DNA of 64,000 bases from an uncultured Eubacteriales bacterium (GTDB lineage Bacteria; Bacillota; Clostridia; Oscillospirales; Acutalibacteraceae): assembly GCA_934446475.1 (NCBI GenBank), contig CAKSEH010000009.1, positions 10,353 through 74,352 on the forward strand, in the 5' to 3' direction. The notes beneath the pieces were generated by a model that was not told where the DNA came from, ran no database searches, and saw only the letters and a program-made list of their open reading frames with translations. A program made the translations under genes and the position numbers. Numbering within the stretch: the first letter of the stretch is position 1; each line of letters starts with the position of its first letter. Shown here piece by piece: positions 36,897 through 45,888 of this stretch.

Positions 36897-36938
36897 CTTG
36901 CACACCTGCCTTATTATGTAATCAATTTAAATATAATA

Positions 36939-38792
36939 TTATTTTGCACTGTAAGCTCTGAATGAGATACCGAGTTTAATAAGTGCTGTAGAAATTGCAC
37001 CTATAGAAGAATCAGACATAGCAGCACCTAAATAAGACTCAACGCTATAGGTTACAGAATATACCTTTTCACCGTCATATGTTATCTCAACAACAAGATC
37101 CTGGTTGCCATCCTGAATGCCTATCTGGTCAAACTTAAAAGATATCCAAGAGCCTGAACGCGTTATAGCACCGCTGTCAACTGTGAATGTTACATCGTAA
37201 GGAGTTTCTGTTCCGTCACCTGCAACCTGAGTATAAGTAACCTTAAAGCTCAGCTTGCTGAGATCTAAAACGTTTCCGCTGTCTTTAACACGATATGTGA
37301 TATACGGCGCTTTACCAATCGAAACAGAAGTTCTGACCTGATGTCTGTTTGAGCTTGCAGAACCAAAATCTGAATTGAATGATTGGTTGGTATTTATTGT
37401 GTTATAAGAATCTACAGATGCAGTTGCTTCGCTTATATCAAAGCCTTCAATTATGGAAGGTGCTTTCGCAAGATCAGAATCGGCATAATTTGCAGCCATA
37501 CCCTTAACGGACTCATCACCAACAATTAAAGTGTCTGTAATCAAGGTGCGAAGTTTTGCATTAGATGCCTGTTCTTCAAATACATTTTTCAAATATGTTG
37601 CAGGAGAAATAGTGAATGTTTCCGAGACTGCAACAAGATTGCCGCTCTCATCATATGCTCTTAACATATAGTTAATATCAAGGCCAAGTTCGTAAAGCTG
37701 AATATCGGTATATGTATAAGACCTCATTGAGCCGGCAGCAGCAAGTTCTGATTTGTTCTTAACTATTTCCTGAGGATTCGGATCAATATTAAGTGTTGCA
37801 CTGTCATACTTCTGGGGAATGATAACAAGCTCCATATCGGCATACGAGTTCAATACTGTATTAGTAACACGGAAAGCCATCTGGAGAGAACTTGCACCAT
37901 AACCGAGAGAAGCGCTTCTGAAAGTTAACGAAGTATCAACTACGGGTTCAGTGCTCTGCTTTTTATATCCGCACACGGTGCAGGTATTATTTTCATCAAA
38001 AGTATGATCAGCTGTTGTGCCGTCTATAGTAACGCTGCACCTACTGCAAACTTCTGCATGCTGTGTATCGCTTATAGAGGTAACAACGCCATCGTGACCT
38101 AAAGCATCGATAGGAGTAGTCCACTCAGCGCCGCAATCGGGGCAAGTGTGTCTCTCTTCACCGGGCTCGGTGCAAGTGGGTTCAACTACTGTTGTGGTGG
38201 TCGCATTGCCGTGGCTGCAGTTCGTTCCTGCTACGACTTTTTGATTTGTTTCAGCAGCTTCAACCTGATTTATAAGGCCATTTTCATTATTGTTTGCACA
38301 GGGGAATGTGAGAAGGTTCTCATCACCTAAAGTGCCATCATCTCCGACAGTACCCTGATCGGCTGCCTGGATGTGGGTGAGGGTGATATAGTGCTGGGTT
38401 GAATCATCCTTAACAACCTTGATGCTGATAGTTGCAGCCGTTATAGCAGACAAATTCGTTACATCAACACGCTTAACAAGCATCGTAAGGGTTGTTCCGC
38501 TTACTTTTGACTCAACGCTGAGGTTTTCAGCATTATTGTCAACAGCGGTTACAGCATCTTCATCACTGCTGAGAGCATAGCCTGTTAGCTCTGCTTTAGC
38601 AACAGCCACAAGATATCCTGTTTCGGAATCAATGTGGAGGGTTGCGGTGTCATACGCACCGGATGCAACAACATCAGCATCAAACGCATATGTACCGTTT
38701 GGCTCGGCTGCCATTGAGGTTAAACACATTGCCGGGCAAATGACAATGGCTACCGCAAGGACAACTGCGAGAAGCTTGGGAAATTTTCTCAT
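36939..38792 (-). CDS. Secreted protein of unknown function with a Cys/His zinc-ribbon-like insert
   Basis: 617 aa with signal peptide MRKFPKLLAVVLAVAIVICPAMCLTSMAAEP. The central segment is CSHGNATTTTVVEPTCTEPGEERHTCPDCGAEWTTPIDALGHDG...HAEVCSRCS...HTFDENNTCTVCGYKK. Confidence 0.75.
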   Translation of the reverse strand: MRKFPKLLAVVLAVAIVICPAMCLTSMAAEPNGTYAFDADVVASGAYDTATLHIDSETGYLVAVAKAELTGYALSSDEDAVTAVDNNAENLSVESKVSGTTLTMLVKRVDVTNLSAITAATISIKVVKDDSTQHYITLTHIQAADQGTVGDDGTLGDENLLTFPCANNNENGLINQVEAAETNQKVVAGTNCSHGNATTTTVVEPTCTEPGEERHTCPDCGAEWTTPIDALGHDGVVTSISDTQHAEVCSRCSVTIDGTTADHTFDENNTCTVCGYKKQSTEPVVDTSLTFRSASLGYGASSLQMAFRVTNTVLNSYADMELVIIPQKYDSATLNIDPNPQEIVKNKSELAAAGSMRSYTYTDIQLYELGLDINYMLRAYDESGNLVAVSETFTISPATYLKNVFEEQASNAKLRTLITDTLIVGDESVKGMAANYADSDLAKAPSIIEGFDISEATASVDSYNTINTNQSFNSDFGSASSNRHQVRTSVSIGKAPYITYRVKDSGNVLDLSKLSFKVTYTQVAGDGTETPYDVTFTVDSGAITRSGSWISFKFDQIGIQDGNQDLVVEITYDGEKVYSVTYSVESYLGAAMSDSSIGAISTALIKLGISFRAYSAK

Positions 38793-38889
38793 TTTAAAAA
38801 CTCCTAACCGGCATTACGCCAAAATTTCGGCACCCCTCGGGCACCATGGACTTTTTAGGGTCACTACCGCATATTCTGCGGTTTGATTC

Positions 38890-38918
38890 ATTATAACATC
38901 AGGGGTCTTAAAAATCAA
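38890..38918 (-). promoter_or_regulatory. Promoter for the 617-aa secreted protein gene
   Basis: On the minus strand: TTGATT (38918-38913), 17-nt spacer, TATAAT (38895-38890). This leaves a leader of about 95 nt. Confidence 0.5.
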
Positions 38919-39536
38919 GTACAAATACGAAAAAACATCACAAAAACAATAAAAAATATTTTCGACAATTGCGAACAGTGGCAAATTTGCACAACGATTA
39001 TTTATTTTCATCGTCAAGCCGTACAAAACATCCTGCGATCGAAACAACGCATACACGGTTTATAATTAAGCGCTTAAACAAATGCTACAAAGAACATAAA
39101 AAACGCCTTACTGCACACTGTGACAAAAATACAGGCTGCAAATTAAAAAATCCGCCACACGGAAACGCTGAAAGGAAATCGCCGGAAGCGGAACTAAAGA
39201 TCCAAAATCAAAAAAAGGCTTTAACTGCCCTATCGCAGGGCCGAGGTTAGGCAGCTCGACCCTGCGACTATGTAATTTGAGAAAATTACCACTCTCATTA
39301 TACATTATAGCAGTTAAAAGTCAAGTTTATTCGTTTAAGTTACACAAAGTTTATGAAAAATGAACGAAAAGCCTTTTTGGCAAATGATGTTTTATTTCAA
39401 AATCACCATAACGACTTTTTAGCCTTTTTGAATTTTTATTATTTGAAATTCAAAGATAAAATGGAAACTTCGTTCTTTTTGATATTAGATTTAAAGTTTG
39501 ATCTTTGATATTTAAGCCGCAGCTTTGATTTAAGCT

Positions 39537-39667
39537 TTAAACAATCCCTCAGTCCCTGACGGGACATTTCTCGCTGCGGCTCGGTCACCTCACGGCTTAA
39601 GACAGTCCCCCGGACTGTCATTCACTACCGCTCGGTCGCCTTCGGCTACCCTTTACACAAAGGAGCC
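39537..39667. repeat. GC-rich structured intergenic repeat, copy A
   Basis: 39566-39667 matches 40076-40177 at 100/102 positions and contains the near-palindrome gacagtcccccggactgtc. Confidence 0.9.
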
Positions 39668-39777
39668 TATATACAATGAAGTTTTACTATTAAAATAAGG
39701 CTTTACTGCCTTTTTAGGCGCCCTTCTTTTTGTCGCAAGACAAAATAGAGGGGAGCTGTCCCGTCAGGGACTGAGGG
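39546..39777. repeat. Perfect 21-bp inverted repeat pair spanning about 230 bp
   Basis: ccctcagtccctgacgggaca (39546-39566) is the exact reverse complement of tgtcccgtcagggactgaggg (39757-39777). Confidence 0.9.
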
Positions 39778-39868
39778 GTATTCTTTCATTGTGGTTTTAT
39801 ATTTTTTAACCTTTTGAATTTAGTGTTTATTGAAAATTAAAGAGAGACGAGAAAAGTGCACCCTTTTC

Positions 39869-39985
39869 GATATTAAAATTTGATGTTTAATCTTTAACAT
39901 TTAAGCAGCTGCTTTAATTTTTTTAAAACAACCCCTCCGTCAAAGTTTCGCTTTGCCACCTCCCCTTACACAGGGCAGGCATCAT
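39869..39985. repeat. Degenerate middle unit of the tandem composite repeat
   Basis: The AT-rich lead-in gatattaaaatttgatgtttaatctttaacatttaagc parallels 39481-39517 and 39993-40026. The GC-rich tail aacccctccgtcaaag...ccccttacacagggcaggc parallels ...ccctttacacaaaggagcc. Confidence 0.6.
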
Positions 39986-40043
39986 ATTCAATAGGCTTAG
40001 AAAGTTTAATCTTTAACATTCTAAGCTTCTTCGATTTAAGTTT

Positions 40044-40177
40044 TTAAACAATCCCTCAGTCTCGCTACGCTCGCCATTTCTCACTGCGGCTCGGTCACCT
40101 CACGGCTTAAGACAGTCCCCCGGACTGTCATTCACTACCGCTCGGTCGCCTTCGGCTACCCTTTACACAAGGGAGCC
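40044..40177. repeat. GC-rich structured intergenic repeat, copy B
   Basis: See copy A; there are two mismatches over the 102-bp core. Confidence 0.9.
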
Positions 40178-40228
40178 AATATATTCAGTGCAGTTTTATT
40201 GCTATAATAAGGCCTTATCGTTTATTGC

Positions 40229-40264
40229 AAAATCGGCTTCCTTTGAACAAGAAAGCCGATTTTA
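40229..40264 (-). terminator. Terminator of the OppA-like gene
   Basis: On the minus strand: aaaatcggctttc ttgttcaaa ggaagccgatttt, followed by gcaat. Confidence 0.6.
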
Positions 40265-40300
40265 TAATATGCAATATTTTAAACATAAAAAGCAGTTTAT

Positions 40301-41788
40301 TTAATTATCTTTCATTATAAAAGAAAAATCAATATAACCGTTTTGAGTATCCACATACACTCCGGAAAGTTCGGAATCAGACGCTATGCAGGTGTTTTCA
40401 AAGGCAAGCGGCAAGAGAGAATAATTTTTAAGGAGAGAAAGCTGCGTTGATGCCGTATCTATGTCCGCAGAAGAAGAATTAACGCCGAAAAGTTTAAGGT
40501 ATTCGCAAACAGACACGCTGTTTGCCTTTATGGGGAATACTGCGAAGTTGAGTTTTTTGTCCGTAAGTTCTTTTCTGATATTATCGAGTGACGTTGCAGG
40601 TTCGATATTAACAAATGCGCTCAGATTTTGCTGCCAATGACCGACCATAGCGGTTACGAAAGGTTTAATATTTTCGTCATCATAATAATAAAGCGTTGAG
40701 GAGGGGAATTTTTTTTCTTCGTTTTTCCCGACTGCGCTGCGGACAAGATTTTTCGCTTCTTCTATATCATATCCTAAAATTCCGGCTGCATTTACTCCGT
40801 TCCCTGCTCCCAGTATTTTAGGGTACAGGGAATTTGCCGGAGTAAAACCGGGGCTTAACTTTGATTTAAGTTTATCGGGCGATGTTGCCATACAAATCGC
40901 CTTTTTAAGCTCGGGAGAAAGGTCACTTCCCATAGTTAGCACCCAGCAGGTATTATTGACAGACGATATTTTCATACCCTTTCTTTCGGCATTTTTAATT
41001 TCAGTTCCCGAAACAAACGACATATCAACGCTGTTTTTTTCAAGAAGTTCTGACGGTGTTTCTTCCTCGCTCACAGAAAGGAATACCGCAGCATTTTGAC
41101 TTTCGAAATCGCCCTTATAGTGGCTGTTTCTGTAAAGTCTTATTCCGAAATCCTCTTTATTCCATTTACCCATATAATACGAGCCGTTTGAGAGTGTGTA
41201 ATCCTTTTCCCTGCCGTACTTCCCGAGGCTGTTTTCAAAGAATTCCTCATTGCAGGGCATTGCGGGCGCCGTTGTAAGGGCTGCTTTAAAATCGGGATCA
41301 TCATAAGAGAGGGTTACGGTAACCGTTTTATCATCGGCCGAAAAAACACCGAGTGACGATATATCCGCCTTACCGCTGTTTATTTCTTTTGCATTTGCTA
41401 TGGCAAAAAGTCTGCTCGCAAAGGGAGATCCGGTTTCGGGGAGAATTGCCCTTTTAATGCCGAAAACAAAATCGTTTGCCGTGATATCGGTTCCGTCAGA
41501 CCACTTTAAACCGTCTCTAAGTTTAAAAGTATATGTCAGTCCGTTCTTGGAAAAAGTTTCACAGGCCCCGCATACGACGGCGCCGCTGTCGCTTCTCCTA
41601 AGCAGACCCTCGTACATATTTCTCACTATAAGAAGCTCACTGTCGCTCGACGCCGTTTGAGGGTCAACCGAAACAGGAGGTTCGTTTAAATTGAAATAAA
41701 TATATGCCGTAAGGAAATCACTGCCGCAGGCGGAAAACGAAAGCGTCAAAAGAACAACAGACAAAAACAACGCCGTTATCCTTTTCAA
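40301..41788 (-). CDS. ABC transporter substrate-binding lipoprotein, family 5 (peptide/oligopeptide OppA-like)
   Basis: Lipobox LTLSFSAC. I prefer the TTG start at 41788 (M)KRITALFLSVV, 5 nt after AAGGGGGAG, because the track's ATG at 41848 falls inside the predicted promoter. The body resembles SBP_bac_5. Confidence 0.75.
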   Translation of the reverse strand: MKRITALFLSVVLLTLSFSACGSDFLTAYIYFNLNEPPVSVDPQTASSDSELLIVRNMYEGLLRRSDSGAVVCGACETFSKNGLTYTFKLRDGLKWSDGTDITANDFVFGIKRAILPETGSPFASRLFAIANAKEINSGKADISSLGVFSADDKTVTVTLSYDDPDFKAALTTAPAMPCNEEFFENSLGKYGREKDYTLSNGSYYMGKWNKEDFGIRLYRNSHYKGDFESQNAAVFLSVSEEETPSELLEKNSVDMSFVSGTEIKNAERKGMKISSVNNTCWVLTMGSDLSPELKKAICMATSPDKLKSKLSPGFTPANSLYPKILGAGNGVNAAGILGYDIEEAKNLVRSAVGKNEEKKFPSSTLYYYDDENIKPFVTAMVGHWQQNLSAFVNIEPATSLDNIRKELTDKKLNFAVFPIKANSVSVCEYLKLFGVNSSSADIDTASTQLSLLKNYSLLPLAFENTCIASDSELSGVYVDTQNGYIDFSFIMKDN

Positions 41789-41819
41789 GCAAACTCCCCC
41801 TTTTATCTTTTTCTTCACT

Positions 41820-41848
41820 ATTATATTATCTTTTTCGCTTTTTTTCAA
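41820..41848 (-). promoter_or_regulatory. Promoter of the OppA-like gene
   Basis: On the minus strand: TTGAAA (41848-41843), 17-nt spacer, TATAAT (41825-41820). Confidence 0.55.
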
Positions 41849-41899
41849 CCTGAAATACGGTTACAGTATCGTTACATTTGCAAATGTAAAGAAAAAAAC

Positions 41900-41928
41900 T
41901 TGACAAGCGGGTGTAACTATGATAAAAT
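41900..41928 (+). promoter_or_regulatory. Promoter of the ylxM-ffh operon
   Basis: TTGACA, 17-nt spacer, TAAAAT (41923-41928). Confidence 0.6.
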
Positions 41929-41957
41929 ACCATAGCGTTATTCGGAGGTGCGTCTTA

Positions 41958-42251
41958 ATGGAGAAGGACCTTTTTGTGGGAAACTTGCTCGAAGTTTACG
42001 GTCAGTTTCTGAATCCGAAACAAAGGCGGCTTGCCGAGTGCTACTATAATGAGGACCTTTCGCTTACCGAAATAGCAGAAAACGAAGGCGTTACACGTCA
42101 GGGAGTCTGCGACATTTTAAACAGGGTGAAAAACAGACTTTACGGTTTTGAAAAATCCTGCGGATATTGCGAAAAGTTTCTTAAACTCAAAGAATTCGCT
42201 GCAGAAAGCAATCTGCCGAAGGAAATTACGAAAATCATCGAAGAGCTTTAA
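41958..42251 (+). CDS. ylxM: UPF0122/YlxM-family putative DNA-binding protein
   Basis: MEKDLFVGNLLEVYGQFLNPKQRRLAECYYNEDLSLTEIAENEGVTRQGV; conserved position upstream of ffh. The track's start at 41919 lies inside the promoter. Confidence 0.85.
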   Translation: MEKDLFVGNLLEVYGQFLNPKQRRLAECYYNEDLSLTEIAENEGVTRQGVCDILNRVKNRLYGFEKSCGYCEKFLKLKEFAAESNLPKEITKIIEEL

Positions 42252-42269
42252 GGGGAGGTTGCGCCGCAT

Positions 42270-43610
42270 ATGGCTTTTGAAAATTTTTCCGATAAACTCT
42301 CGGCTGTTTTTAAAAAGCTGAGAAGTAAAGGTAAGCTGAGCGAAAGCGATGTAAAGGAAGCTATGCGTGAAGTGCGGCTTGCCTTGCTCGAAGCCGATGT
42401 TAACTATAAGGTTGCCAAGGACTTTACCAACACGGTTGCCGAAAAGTGCATCGGTGCGAATGTTATGGAAAGCCTTACCGCTCCGCAGATGGTAGTTAAA
42501 ATAGTAAGAGACGAGCTTACGGAACTTATGGGCGGAGAGCAGGCAAGGCTTAAAATCTCTTCTAAAATTCCCACGGTAATTATGATGTGCGGTCTTCAGG
42601 GCTCCGGTAAAACGACCCATTCCGCAAAGCTTGCAAAATACCTTAAATCAAAAGGTCACAGGCCGATGCTCGTTGCCTGCGATATTTACCGCCCTGCCGC
42701 TATAGACCAGCTTAAAGTTGTGGGGCAGGCAGTTGGGGCGCCCGTATTTGAAAAAGGAACCCAAAAACCGGAAAAAACTGCGGAAGAAGCGGTTAAATAC
42801 GCACGGGATTACGGTTATGATTTTGTTATTCTCGACACTGCCGGCAGACTGCATATCGACAGTGAGCTTATGGATGAGCTTGTAAGGATAACGAAAGCGG
42901 TTGAAGTCAATGATATCCTGCTTGTTATTGACGCTATGATAGGTCAGGACGCAGTTAATATTGCAAAAGCATTTAACGATATACTGGAAATCGACGGTGT
43001 GATAATAACAAAGCTTGACGGTGACACTCGTGGCGGCGCCGCACTTTCGGTAAAAGCCGTAACCGGAAAACCGATTATGTTTGCCGGCGTGGGAGAAAAG
43101 CTTGATCAGCTTGACGAATTTCATCCCGACCGTATGGCTTCAAGAATACTCGGTATGGGAGATGTGCTTTCGCTTATCGAAAAGGTAGAAGGCGAAATTG
43201 ACGAAAAGAAAGCTGAAGAAGCCGCAAGGAAGCTTCAGCAAAACAAATTTGATATGAACGATCTGCTTGAACAGTTCAGGCAGATAAAAAAAATGGGCAG
43301 TCTTAAAAACATTCTTTCTATGCTACCGGGTATGGATAAACAGCTGAGAGATATTGATATAGACGACAGACAGATGCTTCGTGTGGAAGCGGTTATCCAG
43401 TCCATGACAGCAAAGGAGCGCTCAAAGCCAGACATTATAAATGCGTCAAGAAAGCGCAGAATAGCCGCCGGAGCGGGAGTTTCGGTCGAAGAAGTCAATA
43501 AGCTTTTGAGGCAGTTTGAGCAGATGAAAAAAATGTTCAGGCAAATGAATCAAAAAGGCGGAAAGCGGAAAATGCTTTCGGGTCTCGGCAAAGGAAAATT
43601 CGGTTTTTAA
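42270..43610 (+). CDS. ffh: Signal recognition particle protein
   Basis: GLQGSGKTT, DTAGR and TKLDGDTRGGAALS motifs, plus a Met-rich M domain. Confidence 0.95.
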   Translation: MAFENFSDKLSAVFKKLRSKGKLSESDVKEAMREVRLALLEADVNYKVAKDFTNTVAEKCIGANVMESLTAPQMVVKIVRDELTELMGGEQARLKISSKIPTVIMMCGLQGSGKTTHSAKLAKYLKSKGHRPMLVACDIYRPAAIDQLKVVGQAVGAPVFEKGTQKPEKTAEEAVKYARDYGYDFVILDTAGRLHIDSELMDELVRITKAVEVNDILLVIDAMIGQDAVNIAKAFNDILEIDGVIITKLDGDTRGGAALSVKAVTGKPIMFAGVGEKLDQLDEFHPDRMASRILGMGDVLSLIEKVEGEIDEKKAEEAARKLQQNKFDMNDLLEQFRQIKKMGSLKNILSMLPGMDKQLRDIDIDDRQMLRVEAVIQSMTAKERSKPDIINASRKRRIAAGAGVSVEEVNKLLRQFEQMKKMFRQMNQKGGKRKMLSGLGKGKFGF

Positions 43611-43660
43611 GGATATTATATTCTTTTAAATAAAAGTTATTTCATTTGGAGGTGTTTTAA

Positions 43661-43903
43661 ATGGCAGTTAAAATAAGACTTCGCAGACTCGGCGCTAAGA
43701 AGGCCCCCTTCTACCGTGTCGTTGTAGCCGATTCAAGGTATCCCCGTGACGGTCGTTTCATCGAGGAAATAGGTACCTATGATCCCACTAAGGATCCGGC
43801 AGAAGTAAAGATAGACGCTGACAAGGCAAAGCAGTGGATATCGAACGGCGCTCAGCCTACCGATACCGTTAAGGCTCTGCTTAAGAAAAACGGCGTTATC
43901 TAA
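43661..43903 (+). CDS. rpsP: 30S ribosomal protein S16
   Basis: [42 protein letters not shown]. Confidence 0.95.
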   Translation: MAVKIRLRRLGAKKAPFYRVVVADSRYPRDGRFIEEIGTYDPTKDPAEVKIDADKAKQWISNGAQPTDTVKALLKKNGVI

Positions 43904-43919
43904 TCAATAGGAGCAAAAT

Positions 43920-44153
43920 ATGGAAGAACTTCTTATTGCAATAGCTTCGGGGCTTGTTGAAAATCCCGATGCTGTTTCGGCAACGGCTGACGAACCCGAT
44001 GAGGAAGGCGTTATCGTTTATCACCTGTATGTTGCAGAAAACGATATGGGCAGAGTTATCGGAAAACAGGGCAGAATAGCAAAGGCTATCAGAACCGTTA
44101 TGCGTGCAGCCGCAAATCGTAACGAACAGAAAATTTCTGTTGAGATCGGTTAA
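43920..44153 (+). CDS. KH-domain RNA-binding protein (UPF0109/YlqC)
   Basis: 77 aa with VAENDMGRVIGKQGRIAKAIRTV (GxxG KH motif); conserved position after rpsP. Confidence 0.88.
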   Translation: MEELLIAIASGLVENPDAVSATADEPDEEGVIVYHLYVAENDMGRVIGKQGRIAKAIRTVMRAAANRNEQKISVEIG

Positions 44154-44156
44154 CAA

Positions 44157-44433
44157 ATACCCTCGCTTTGCGGGGGTATCAGTTTATCGGCAGAGCTATA
44201 ACAATATTGCTTTGCGGCGTTCACGCCGCATTTTGTTTTTTCGCTGACATGTGCGGCGAAAAAACACCTCTTAAGCGAAAAACCGAAGAATAATCGGTTT
44301 TTCAAGGGTGCAGGGGTGGTGTCGGCGGGGATAAAGTGCAGTCCGAAAATCAACGATTTTCGAGCGAACGGAATCCCCGTCCGAGAACGTGTCGGCTTTC
44401 AGGCACGTTCATACCCTCGCTTTGCGGGGGTAT
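44157..44433 (+). repeat. 254-bp structured insertion bounded by 23-bp perfect direct repeats, inside the rpsP-rimM operon
   Basis: ataccctcgctttgcgggggtat occurs at 44157-44179 and again at 44411-44433. The 231-bp interior holds at least 4 hairpins (gcggcgttcacgccgc; aaaaaccga..tcggttttt; cgaaaatc..gattttcg; gaacgtg..cacgttc). Confidence 0.85.
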
Positions 44434-44478
44434 TATGTTGTTTTAAGGAAGGCTTGTTACTATAACTGAGGTTTATAT

Positions 44479-44988
44479 ATGAAAAAGGAATTTTTAAAGG
44501 CCGGAAAAATCGTGGGTACACACGGTGTCAGGGGTGAACTCAGAATAGACCCTTGGACCGATGACAGTTCATTTCTTTCGAATTTTTCAACGCTTTATTT
44601 AAACGAGGGTGAAAATACTCTAAGTATAATAAAAATGCGTCCGCACGGAAGAATAGTTGTTGCGGCAGTCGAAGGGATATCTACTGTTGAAGAAGCAGAA
44701 AAGCTGCGCAATAAAACAGTTTTTATAAAACGAAGTGATCTTACTCTTCCGGAAGGCAGATATTTTGTGGACGAACTTATAGGTTGCACGGCATTTGATG
44801 CCGACACAGGTGATAAGCTCGGAATAATTACCGATGTCTCCAAAACCGGAGCAAACGATGTCTGGCATATAAAAAAAGCAGACTCGGAATACCTTATTCC
44901 TGCTATTGCCGATGTTATTATTTCGGTTGATATTGAAAATGAAAGGGCGGTTATAAGACCGCTTAAGGGTATTTTTGATGAGGATTGA
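44479..44988 (+). CDS. rimM: Ribosome maturation factor RimM
   Basis: GKIVGTHGVRGELRI with a PRC barrel C-terminus; operon context. Confidence 0.92.
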   Translation: MKKEFLKAGKIVGTHGVRGELRIDPWTDDSSFLSNFSTLYLNEGENTLSIIKMRPHGRIVVAAVEGISTVEEAEKLRNKTVFIKRSDLTLPEGRYFVDELIGCTAFDADTGDKLGIITDVSKTGANDVWHIKKADSEYLIPAIADVIISVDIENERAVIRPLKGIFDED

Positions 44989-45724
44989 CATTATGACTCT
45001 CTTCCCCGATATGTGTAATTCGGTCCTATCGGAAAGCATAATAGGCAGAGCTCAAAAATCAGGCTCGGTTGAAATAAAGTGCACCGATATACGGGAGTTT
45101 GCGGGAAATAAACATAATAAGGTCGATGATTCGCCTTACGGAGGCGGTATGGGTATGATAATGGCTCCGTCACCTATTTACGATTGTTATAAAAGTCTCT
45201 TTACAGAAGAGGAGCCTAAGCCCCACCTTATATATATGTCACCCAAAGGCAAGGCTCTGACGCAAGAGCGTGTTGCAGAACTCGCTCGGCTCGACAGAAT
45301 AGTTATACTATGCGGTCATTACGAAGGCGTTGATCAGAGAGTGATAGACGAAATTGCGGACGAGGAAATATCAATAGGCGATTATGTTTTAACCGGAGGC
45401 GAATTGCCGGCTATGGTCCTTGCGGATGCAGTATGCCGTATGCTGCCCGGGGTTTTATCGGACGATATCTGCTTTGAAGAGGAAAGCCATTTTTCAGGTC
45501 TTCTTGAATATCCGCAGTATACAAGGCCGGCAGTATGGAACGGAGTCTGTGTGCCCGAAACTCTGCTCTCCGGCAATCATAAAGAAATTGAAAAATGGCG
45601 AAGAAAAGAGTCGCTTCTTATAACAAAAGAACGTAGACCGGATATGTATGAAAAAATCGAACTCAGCAAAGAAGACAGAAAACTTCTCGGTCTTGAAACC
45701 CCAAAAACAAAAAAACAAAGATGA
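44978..45724 (+). CDS. trmD: tRNA (guanine37-N1)-methyltransferase
   Basis: MRIDIMTLFPDM...DDSPYGGGMGM...GHYEGVDQR...LTGGELPAM. I prefer ATG 44978 to the track's TTG 44975. Confidence 0.94.
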   Translation: MRIDIMTLFPDMCNSVLSESIIGRAQKSGSVEIKCTDIREFAGNKHNKVDDSPYGGGMGMIMAPSPIYDCYKSLFTEEEPKPHLIYMSPKGKALTQERVAELARLDRIVILCGHYEGVDQRVIDEIADEEISIGDYVLTGGELPAMVLADAVCRMLPGVLSDDICFEEESHFSGLLEYPQYTRPAVWNGVCVPETLLSGNHKEIEKWRRKESLLITKERRPDMYEKIELSKEDRKLLGLETPKTKKQR

Positions 45725-45803
45725 TTGTTTGAGAATTATAACCAAATATTACAGTCAAATTATACTGAAAGTTGGGAAAATATTAGAACTTATTCACAAA
45801 ATG

Positions 45804-45831
45804 TTGACGATTACATTAAATGTGGTATAAT
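45804..45831 (+). promoter_or_regulatory. Promoter of ptsH
   Basis: TTGACG, 16-nt spacer, TGgTATAAT extended -10 (45826-45831). Confidence 0.5.
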
Positions 45832-45888
45832 TACTTTTGTCAGATAAGTATGCAATCCGAACATTATCCGAGTAAGGAGTTTGTCAAT

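Noticed and set aside
38793-38890. Possible riboswitch in the roughly 95-nt leader of the 617-aa gene
   Set aside because: It contains a ccgcagaatatgcgg hairpin and repeated ggcacc motifs. However, I could not match it to any riboswitch consensus I know, such as c-di-GMP, preQ1 or SAM.
38814-39621. Small ORFs in the 38.8-39.6 kb region (80, 60, 93, 65 and 60 aa)
   Set aside because: They overlap a promoter and leader or the GC-rich repeat. They have no RBS and are mutually overlapping in different frames. The 39439..39621 product is simply a read-through of the repeat element.
39470-40180. Possibility that the tandem repeats form a CRISPR array
   Set aside because: The units are long (about 130-390 bp), composite and unequal. 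There is no short, regularly spaced direct repeat with unique spacers, and no cas genes lie nearby.
42117-43124. Minus-strand ORFs of 167 and 158 aa overlapping ylxM and ffh
   Set aside because: They are antisense to ffh, which has unmistakable SRP54 GTPase motifs on the plus strand.
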